64,000 bases of DNA from Klebsormidium nitens (taxonomy: Eukaryota; Plantae; Klebsormidiophyceae). The notes beneath the pieces are model-generated. The model was given only the letters and a program-made list of their open reading frames with translations. It was not told the DNA's origin and did not search any database. Below are positions 26,601 through 36,732 of the stretch, in pieces. Position 1 is the stretch's first letter; each line of letters begins with the position of its first letter. The position numbers were made by a program, and so were the translations under genes. Location of the stretch: the NCBI GenBank assembly GCA_000708835.1, contig DF237408.1, positions 1-64,000 on the forward strand, in the 5' to 3' direction.

Positions 26601-26912
26601 CCTAGGAGAATGGAAGCCACCTCTTCCGTAGGCAGCGGCCCTTTGACTTTCCTTGGCCCCTGAATGTGGCTCCAAAAGGTGCTGGGGCTTCATTATCTAA
26701 ACTGATTAGCCGTTTGGACCGGCTTGATTAGGGCTTCCAGGCGCATTCTGGTTGAATCAAAGCAAGCAAGTAGCTTGTGCCTGCAGCACTCAGCCGAAAG
26801 CCCATTGGGGGCGTCTTTCAGTGGTGCAGCAAAGTGTGAGCTCCTGTCGGTTTGCAACCACCTTGCGACGTCCTTGAGGCGTCCTTGCATTGCCGCGTCA
26901 GAGTGCACCAGC

Positions 26913-29393
26913 ATGGCTCAGCCAGCAGAGGGCTACCCGGCTGGCGGGCCAGCTCCTGCTGCAGCAGCTGGGCGGCGGAGCCGAGTCCCAGCTCGATTGA
27001 TAGTGGGGCCAACCTCGGCAGTGGTCACCGAGGTGAAAACTCCCAGCTCACCGCAGTTCCTTCTTCTGGGCAGCTTGCATTGCTGGGTTGTGACCGTCGT
27101 GGGGAGACCAACATTGGACAACTTGATTCGGACTGCTGGTCTGTCACCGGCTGAAGTCTGGTTGAGATGATGGTTGAAATCAAAGTCTAGGCATTGCTGG
27201 AAGGTCACTGGAGATTGTGGGTTGTTGAGGCCTCCAGCGGTGATCAAATCAAGTACAAGCTCATTACAGATATACCCACTGACAGTAGTGCCATTGTCTT
27301 GGGCTTCCATTTCCAGCTCCTAACCTTGAGCCGCAACACTTTCAATTTGGTCCTGCTTGCCGAAGTCCTTTTCATATGCGTTGGATTAGGAGATTGCTGG
27401 CATGGACGTCCTTGTGCGCGTCTTCTCCCCTGTCGTCCATTCTTCTAACGCAAAGCCAAACTCTGTCATTTGTCCCCCTTTGCGGCATTCCAATGGCTGA
27501 TACCTTAAAGAATCTTTCCTGTTGTTTGATTGGCAACCTTCCAGTTCAGCTAGACCTTGTTCAACTCTCAGGTGAATGACTGGGCTGATGCCAGCTTGCT
27601 GCTCTTCCACGAGCCCATCCGATTGGACCTTCTGGAGCTGGACCACGTCATGTCCCCCGCCTTCTATGATGGCCTCTCTGGCTGGAAGACGGGCCTCTTC
27701 TACAAGTGGTTCAAGGCCTACTTCCACCCCCTGGTTAGTCTCTTGCCGCTCATGCACAGCTGGGAACTTGGGCCATCGTGCATTTTGATGAGAACGCAGC
27801 TTACACTTTTCAAAAGCTTCGGATAGGTGCGTTGAAGTCGAAGTTGAAGGTCATGGATGCGGTGTTCCTTCACACCTACCTGAAGTCCCGCCTGGCTGAA
27901 ATGGCCAGCCTTCCTGCCAAACAGCAAGGCAGCTCCCTAATGGGCCCTTCCTTGAGCCAGAGCATCTGGGCCCAGCTCGGTGATGTTCAACAATCTTACT
28001 TTGCCGCAAGGTTGAAGGAGCCTCTTGTGACGTTGGTGCATGGTGACCCCCATGTTAAGCTATACGCATCTGGGGCAACAGAGTTCTCACTTCTCGTCCT
28101 CCAACCAATGCGCTGTCCCTCCCCTTGCAGGTGTCCCACCAACTTCAGATCTTTGCGACTGTTCTTCTGCCCGCTATCGCCCGCTATCGTGGGCAAGGCC
28201 CCCGCTGCCAGGATAAACCAAGAGGATCTTCTTTCCATGCACCCCTGGATTTCCAACAAGCTGGAGCAGGTTCGCCGCCTGCAGAAGCGGTTCAAAGTTG
28301 CTGCCAACCACGTCATCCTGGCACAGTCCTTGCAAGAGCAGCGGCAGGCGGCGAGCGACCTGCGCGCGTATATCAAGGAGCTTCTGACGTGCATCACGGA
28401 GCACCTGGCGCGGGTCGAGATGGCGCTGCTGCCTGTGATCCGAGAGTACTTCTCAGAGGAGGAGTGGCAACAGGTGAGACCAGCGGCTGCAGTTGTGTTG
28501 CTTAGATCTCTAGCTGTAAGCATGGAGGATGCAGTCAATCACGATGTCAAGAAAGACGGTTTGGCTGTCTGGGCTGCGGTTGTTGTGGCTGTTGTTTCCG
28601 GTCTGCTATATTTGAGCATTGATATTGAAACTCAGCTGACGGAATGTTTTTACCTGCAACTCTATCCGGAAGATCTTTCATTCACCAGGAGGCTTGTTGC
28701 GACGTTACCTGACATGTTGCAAGGTCTCGAATACGGTCGTCTCGTGTTGCCCGGTTCAAGTTTTCAATTCAAATCCTTCTGGTTCTGCGCTCAGCTTCTC
28801 GACTATGTTTCCTATGCTCGTTTCCCTGTCTGTCGAAGATTGAATACGTCAAGGGTCATACGTTCAGTCCATCCACAAATCATCCCGCCATAAGGCGGAG
28901 CAACGGAGATCTCGATCCGACCAGCTGCTGTAGCTTTTTGTTGTCCCTCACTCCTTTTCCTGGCCCCGCCCCTTTGCGCTTTTGTTCCTTCTGGGAAATA
29001 TTCAACAAGAAAAATATTCAATTAACAGTGAGCTAGGCCAACGTTCTCGTCGTGAGGCTACCTCTTCCGATCTGGTTCATCGGTTTTGAGCAAGCACTTG
29101 ACTGCTGCTTCGCGTTCTTCTGATCCCGACATTGTCTCACGCTCGGATTCTCCATCCTCCAGCTGGCGCTCAAGGTGTTGTTGGGCCCCCCGGGGAAGCG
29201 GCTCCGGTCGAAGCAGCTGCCGTGGATGCTGGCGGCGCTGCGCGTGTGGGCGTCCCCCGACCGGGTGGCCGCCTTCCGAGCGTCTCTGCCCCGCACCACC
29301 CGCTTCCGCCTCGAGTACTTCTGGTACTGCTCCTACGTCAACGGGGCGGCCAAGCGGCTCCGGCTCATTAAGAACGACTACCTCCCATGGTGA
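26913..29393 (+). CDS. Degenerate hemerythrin/HHE-like four-helix-bundle protein gene; frameshifted in this sequence (possible pseudogene or assembly error)
   Basis: Exons ~27573-27732 (DWADASLLLFHEPIRLDL...WFKAYFHPL), 28131-~28471 (VSHQLQIFATVLLPAI...EHLARVEMALLPVIREYFSEEEWQQ) and ~29164-29393 (LPWMLAALRVWA...LP...W*). They join in frame only if one copy of the 10-bp repeat at 28170-28189 is removed. The 5' exon is uncertain. Confidence 0.55.
28170..28189 (+). repeat. Exact 10-bp tandem duplication CCCGCTATCG x2 inside a coding exon
   Basis: Read directly: CTG CCCGCTATCG CCCGCTATCG TGGGC. Confidence 0.9.
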
Positions 29394-30951
29394 CCCACCC
29401 ACGCGAGAGCGAGCCCGTGGGACAGTTTTTACAAGTCTCGCCGGCATTGTAAATACATAGGCACGCAAACGAGCCGCGACTACTAGATCGACGAGCAACG
29501 AGAAGCGTCGCCTGTCAGCATATGCACATGTAGATAAAATGAAGAACAGTGCGTGCTTGAAGCGAGATGAGGGACTGTTGGCTTTGAGAGTCAGCAGCGG
29601 CGACCCTATTGTAGACCTCAGGCAGATCCCGCGGCAACTTGTTTCTGGTGTTTGGCGAATATGAACTTCATGCCGCAGCGCTTCGACCGGTCTGCCCAGC
29701 TGAGAGGGGACGTCACGTTGTCAATAGCGAAGAAGACGTCCAGCATGATAACACGAGACTCGATCGCTGTGTGGTACCCGGCCGATCATGTAAAATTGGC
29801 TTGAAAGAAGTAGCTAATGAGTAGTCCACTGTGAGCTGATCGGTTTCCAAGCGACCATCGAGATTTTGAGAACAATTTGGCAACGATGTATTTTTGTGAA
29901 CGATTACATACGAGTCCAGCAGATGGCGCGCTCGTGTGGCCGGCGCGCTGCATCCGCCTTTGACTCTCCAAATTTGCGCAAACGGAACCATAAAAAGCCC
30001 TTACCGTACACGGTCCAAAATCAGTGGGTTCGACTTCTTTGTACTGGGCCCGCTGGTCGTTTCCAAGAAGGCTCAGGGCAATTGAATCGCACCGTGCCAT
30101 GCAGGCTCATCTACATTAGGATCCAAGCTGCGTGACTTTCAACTTCCCAAAATATACCTGTGCGCACGTGCTGGCTGAAAATTAATGCTCGCTAAGTTAT
30201 AGCTAGTATGCAAATGGGCGCGGCGCGCCCATACCATGTGTGGGCCGCTGCCACCTTCGGACTGAAATGATCATGTACCTGTACTTACAGTTTGTTGATT
30301 GATATCTGCTCGATATCAGACCGGAGGCCGACAATTCCTAATAAGTGATGTCAGTCAACAGAACTAGCGATTATGAGCGCGTCCGTGAGCTTATATGTAG
30401 ATTTTAAGTTAAGTGATCGACCACGTTAAAAAGTACGTATAATCATGCACTCGGGCCATGGCCATGCTGCACACATGATTGAATTGTGGACGGCTACTCG
30501 AGTGCAACACCCACGAGGAATTTGTTGCCACCTCTCTGGTGTTATGAAAGCGAGTGCAGGCTTTGCACATGCCTGTTCAACCGAGAAGGTACCCCAGCTA
30601 ATATCTTGCATGAGCACATTGCAGCCAGTAGCTTGAAGCAGGCCCACACAAATGTACGTCAGACGCCACGCATTGACAAACAACGCGCATGAGCTGGGCA
30701 GTCGATGGGCCGGCTCAGCGTGTTTCCGATGATATCTCTTCCGACTACCTGTACTACTAGTTTTGTCATTAGGATTCTGCGAATCGGATCCGTTTCAATA
30801 AAAATTCGCACAGTGCATGACGTTGATAGTACGTCTGACAAGATCGGGATGACCGGGCACTACGGCTCTTGGTCAAGGCGTAATGGAGGGGAGCTCTTGG
30901 TCGGCCTACACTTCAATGTTCAGCTTTGAGTGCCGACTATTCCAAAACGTG

Positions 30952-33900
30952 TCACACATCAATGCCGGCCACCTTCAAAGCGTCGCGCACCCAATCTGGG
31001 ATGTCGCCTTTAGGGAACTGCAGAAACAAGGTGATGTTATGACGCGTCAGCACCTCATTTCAGTGCGTCTGATCAGTCGTCCGACTCAAGCAGCAGGGAG
31101 CAAAAGCGACGGGCAGGGAGCGAACACGAAATACTTCAATAAGATGGAGGCCCTCCTTGCATGCTTTAACGCTCAGCTTTGGGGTCCGCGTCGACCGGAT
31201 AGGCTCGGTAGTCAAGTATACGCAAACGTGGCGGATTGCCATAAGGATATTGATGGCCTTTCTAGGACAGACAGGGTCCTAGCGGGTGAATCAGTGGTGA
31301 GCCCTAGCCTTTGATCCATTTTCCAGTCTACGCGGAAACTTCTGGTGCGAGCAAGCGTGCTCAGAACGGGGGTCGAACGGCCGCATGTCAGACGAGCGTG
31401 TGACACAGTGGCCGCCTCATGCACTCTGGAGGATGCGCAACGAGAGGGCTCGCTACCTGACACTGCAGGAAATCGCGCACATACCTGCGGAGGAGCGACT
31501 CGGTCAGCTGCGGGGGAGTGTGACAGTGAAGCACTGTGCAATAGACGGGAGCCTCCAAGGATCCGAAGCAAACTGTACTTCACGGTTCTGCTCACTTCCT
31601 CCTGCAACTGTAACCCAGTCTAGTTCGGGATTTCCGGGGCGCATGTGGGGTTGAAATCGAAGAATGCGCAGGGCATCAAATACGAGCACGCCGCACCAGA
31701 TCACAGCTTTCTCCGATGCACAACGGATCCCAAGACTGCATTCCCGCCTTGACCCGTGGGTGAGCAGCGCAGGCAGAGGGTTTCTCATTCATTCCGGAGG
31801 GGGTTTTGCGGACGTGAGGCCTTACTGTGGGAAGCGCTGTTGGGTGATGGCGGTGCGGATGTCGCGGGTGAGGCGCATCATGTAGGCCACGTTGTGGTAG
31901 CTCACCAGGTACGCACCGATGGGCTCCTTGGTCACCACCGCGTGCAGGTACGCGCGCGTGTACTTCTGGCACACCTGCGCTCCGGCAAAACACAGGTCAG
32001 GACCGCTTTGCCAACGATCTGAGTATATGCGCGACACTCTCAGGGTGGCCGACCGCCAGGTCGAGTACAAAAAACTCGGGCCACGCATCGCGGTACGCCC
32101 CGACCTTGGAGAGACCCTGCATACTTCGTCAGTCGCATTGAGACGATAAGGAAAGGTCCGACTTTCGACATGGTACATCTCTCAATTATAAACAGTGATC
32201 GTCCCGGGCACTATTCACCACGTCAAGATCTTCCGACGAACTTGAGACCAGCCGCACTTTTACCAGTCTAAAGCTACCGAGGCCTGGCCAGTCTGGGCCT
32301 ACAAAGTCTCGTTCTGGCACCTTCAACGCAGAGTGATGGACCGTTATGTTCTAGAAACAAACTTCCAAGAGTAGACGCGTACCATGCAGGCGCAGGTGGG
32401 GTCGATGGGCCGCATGTCGTGCTTCATGTCCGCGAGCTTGAGGCGCAGCGTGCCCTCCGGCACCAGCGCGGTGCCGAAGCGGGCGGTGCGCGTCGGGTAC
32501 ACGCAGTCGTACATGTCCGCGCCCAGCGCGCTGCACACCACGATGTCCAGCGGGTACCTGCGCGCGCACATGGGGGCGGATCCAAGGGAGGGGGGGGAAA
32601 GGGAGAAATCCTCCGCTAACTTCCCATCCAGCCCAGTTTCGACTGTCTTCAACGCAGAGAGAGGCGAGAGTTCACAGGCGAAGCACACCTTACTTTCAAA
32701 ACGAGGCTACATATAAGGTACAGAAATGCGGGAGGAGGTACGTTCAGCTTGCGACTAGACATCAGAGATCGGTCGTCAGAAATCCTTGGATTGAAGAACA
32801 TCTGATGCTCGATGTTGGATTCTCCACAAGATACGGCAGGAATTGCAGATCCGCTCGGATCGGATCCTCCAGTGCAGGAACGAACGAGAGGTCATCAGCG
32901 ACAATGGAGGAGGAGGAGCAACTCACCCGACCCCCTGCACAAAGAACACGAAGACGTGTCAAAACAGAGAACCTCTTTCAGCTCAGGCTGGAGGATCTGC
33001 CAGCTTCCCGGAACATCCACAATGCAGCTAGCGGCACGAGATGATACACGGATTCATTCCTCGAAGGGAGACAACAATCTTTGACACGGAAAAGGTAGCC
33101 GTCTTCTCGACAATGGACAAGGCGGCAAACATGTCGATGCATAGTCTGCTCACCATGACGTAGCGCGGCTTGTTGTCGGGCAGGGCCGCGGTGCACTGAG
33201 CTACGACCCGCCAGAAGGACGCCTTGTCCTCGCCGCCGGCCAGGCCGCCAATGGCATACCTGCAGGCCAGGAAAGAGCAGACTCGTGAGCAATTCGCATC
33301 GATAAACTGGGCATGCGCTCGTCGCGAAAGTGCCCCTCTCTTTGCTCTGGTGTGACTTTTCTCGACATGTGCAAGTAGATACATGTTGGGCCGTCCAGTA
33401 ATATGGGGTTTTCGCCAATCCGAATATCTGCGCAGCCAAGTCCAGACATCCAAGACCAAAGGCAGCAGAGCACGCTTCTTTCACTCATCTCTTGGAAAGC
33501 CTCGGACGAATGCACGCTCACCCGGGCAGATCCTTGTCTCGTTCCATCATCCCTTTTAAGCAAAGGTCCCTGCATATGGCCAAGCATTGTGTTGAGGGTT
33601 TGGAAGGCCTGAAACTGCAACCTCAAACTGGAAGGCCTAAAAGTGCAACGTACACGACCCCGACCTCCAGAAATAGTACCGTTGGAACCGTGCTCACTAG
33701 GTCCTCGGAGGACAACAACAAGCAAGATTGAGAGCAAACGACATAGAGTCTCACCTGAGACGGGGGTCCAAACCCCCCTGAATGATGCCAAACAGGTTCT
33801 GCTCGTTTGATCGAGAATGAGCTGCACGTGAGGAAGGAATCGGGTGAGCCCCTATCCAGGATGGGCAACAACCCCGCTGATACATGTTCTCCATCAACCC

Positions 33901-35807
33901 CAGACCACTTTACACCTATTTAGTTACTCGACTGAGTATCAGCCACGGGGGTGTGGATGAGACTCATTTCGTGGAGTGCGAGAGCGAGCGTGTCTCGTTC
34001 CCTTACCTTCAATGCATCGATCAATCCAGCGCAGGGTCCGGTGCATTGCTTCCTCGATGCGAGGGCCTGTCACTAAGCTGCTGACCTGAGGAAACAAAAG
34101 GAGCAAGTCTTCGATCGATCAGCCCGGCTCACAACTAAGGAATGTAGAGCAGAGTTAAACCAGAGCTTCCTTCGTCAGCACAGCAATCACATAGCACTAA
34201 AAGCAAACAGCACTTTAGGTTCTCAGGCTGCTGACCAACAGCAGTCGTGAAGAAGCATACTCACCACGTCATCGAGTGCCATAATGATGTCAGCGCCAAT
34301 CTCGTTCTGCATCACAAAAAGAAGCACGTCAGCGCTGCACCTCTACTCAACGACTCAAAGGGCAATTGGCTTGCAGTTTCCGTCTTGAGCATGCACGCGC
34401 AAAATTTTAAGGGCGTTCACTTTCGACCAACAAGCATCAGGTATTTGAGCTCAGCTGAGGTTGGCTGCCAAAACGTGCTGACCTGGATGCGGATGGACTG
34501 CTCTGGCGTGAGCAGCATGGGCCGTCCGTCCACAGGGGACTGGAACGTGACGCCTTCCTCAGTGATGTCCGCCAGGTGCAGCAGCGACACCTGGACACAG
34601 AACTCCAAAATGATGCCAACGGCCAAATAGGCAGGCTGGACGCCTGGAACCGTAAGCGCTACCAGCCAGTGGTCAAAAGCGTATGTGACGGTCTGTGAAG
34701 CTAGCCTGCTGACAAGAGTGGCATCACTGCACCACCCTCGCATCACCTTTTGTTGAGAAACGGCAGGCAATTGCCCAGGTTTTGAACTGCGGGCACAGTG
34801 AGTGATAATCTGGTGATCTGTACTATTAGCGCATTACCTGCTTTTGAAGAGTCTCTGACATGCTCACATATGGGGCTCAAGGCCGCCCGGATAAGCAGAG
34901 ATGAAAGCCTTCCAATTGGAGCAGTTCGCAGAATCCATTTCAAGAGGAATCAGAGCGCCACCTAGCAATAGTCCGTTCAACTGAGAGGAGGGGGCTGACC
35001 ATTTGGAAGCCCCCACTGTCAGTGAGCATGCCGCGCTTCCAGTTGATGAAGTGGTGCAGGCCGCCCATGCGGTCAATCAGATCGGAGCCAGGGCGGTTGG
35101 CCAGGTGGTACGTGTTGCCCAGGATCACGTGGCAGTCCAGCTCCGCCAGCTGTTCGCTCGTCAGACCCTTCACACTGCCTGCACCACCGTGCGCCACACC
35201 GACCGGTCATGATGGAGTGGAAGCATAGCAATCGCCTTCTATCTGTCAGGTCTCAACAAGGGGCCCCCACCAAAGAGGGCGGGACTTTGTCACAGCGGAA
35301 AAGTCCTGATGAGCGACATCCAAAGTTTGAGATGCTAGGGCTGAGAGGACGAGGATGATGAAACAGCTGCCAAACAATGTTGGCGAACGGAATTCCAACT
35401 GTCTCCACCTTCTTGACGCTGAAGCAAGTAACCCAACCAGACTCAATTAGGTGGGGAAGTAGCTGGCGGTGTACCTTGCGTGCCAACGGGCATAAACATG
35501 GGGGTGGCACACTCATAGTGTGGGAGAGTCAGCTGTGATGCGCGCGCCCGCCCGGAGCGAGCCAGCACCTGCATACAAAGTGCGATGGGTGGTGGTGCGG
35601 CCAGGCAAAGAGAAGCCACCTTGAGACGTGCCCCTCAACCAATCTTCATGGGCTTCTCTTCAGGATTAATTGACATGCTATTTCTGTGGCCTGCGGATGA
35701 CAAGGACTCTGCCGGAAAACCATCAATTACAAACACGATTGGAGACACAGCACGAAAGCTGTCGCTTGCAAAAGGCAAGGTAGTCTGACCTCAAATTGCA
35801 GCGCCAT
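30952..35807 (-). CDS. QTRT1: Queuine tRNA-ribosyltransferase catalytic subunit (eukaryotic TGT), ~14 exons
   Basis: Spliced motifs: MALQFE|VLARSGRAR...PMFMPVGTQ|GSVKG...LGNTYHL...LTDSGGFQM|VSL..., [31 protein letters not shown]|GVG|YPLD...[17 protein letters not shown], zinc site CACMVC...H, HNVAYM. Last exon [21 protein letters not shown] at 31017-30952. Confidence 0.96.
32927..32934 (-). other. 8-nt microexon (GGGGTCGG) of QTRT1 encoding the conserved GVG
   Basis: Flanked by TTTGTGCAG and GTGAGT on the minus strand. It links the phase-0 end of ...RYVM (33154) to the phase-2 start of G-YPLD (32557). Confidence 0.9.
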
Positions 35808-36732
35808 CGATGCGGCATCGACGTGCTGGCTCAGCATGCGAAGAAACCCGGCGGACGCCACAGCGGAATGTATTCGACCAATCAGCGTGCACAGGGGCTG
35901 CCGTCAACTCCAAAGGGGGGTCAAGAAAAGTACCAAAGCCAAGAATAGTCCGCAGAATCAGTAATCAGGGCTCAGCATTAGGGGAACATAGGGCTCTGCA
36001 GGGTGCAGTACAATGCTGCCGGCCAAAGTGTCACGTTACTGCGTAGGCCTGGATTCTGAAGAGTAATTAGCAGTGTGCTGGGCCCAGTGCGTCCCTTCTT
36101 CGTGTGAGCTTGTCCGGGTCAAAACGCTCTATGATGAGAGCCTCAGCAAGCGAACTCTCAAACTCATCTTCATGTGCAGAGCGGCGTCATCAAGGGATGC
36201 CTGGGATTCAACTGGAGGGCCGCAGCAGGCAAGCTGAATGCAAAGCTTGCCATGCCTCCCTAAAGGCTTTTCTTGACGGTGCTCTTGTGCTGGTACAAGG
36301 TACGTCTTTAGCTATCAAATGGCCCACACACGTCGAAACACTGAAAGCTAGCACAGAAAGATTGAATCTAAAACCTGACAGTGAAAGCAACATGGGGTGC
36401 ACTGTGCAGCCTGCGCTAAGATTGTCGCTCACCACCATCAAGCGGGCGCGCGCGCGTACTCTTTGCTCAAAGTAGCACTTCTTCTTGGGGGGGCCCAGAA
36501 ATGGTCTACCCAGTGCCCCCTCGGAATATTGCCGAAGCAGGGAGGGAGTTCCCGTCTGCCTGCACCTTCTCCTTCTGGCACCTTCCAAGTTCCAGTCAGA
36601 AGCTCCGCCCTGAGCGGGGGCCCTGAGAAGGCGCTTGCTTGTGCAGAGTCCCATCCAGGTGCTGCTATATCTGGCGTCATTTTCGTCGCCTTTTTGCCAA
36701 TGTAGCCAAGGCCCTCGAGCTGCTCCGCCTGG

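Noticed and set aside
23700-26900. Largest intergenic gap as a hidden gene, ncRNA or transposon
   Set aside because: Only short ORFs without motifs. I could not verify any terminal repeats, target-site duplication or recognisable RNA structure.
27778-28893. 371-aa ORF as a single-exon gene
   Set aside because: Only ~28180-28471 is family-like. The rest runs through sequence bounded by clear splice signals, so it is probably chance read-through of introns in GC-rich DNA.
30883-31314. 143-aa plus-strand ORF
   Set aside because: It is antisense to the last exon and intron of QTRT1 and has no recognisable motif.
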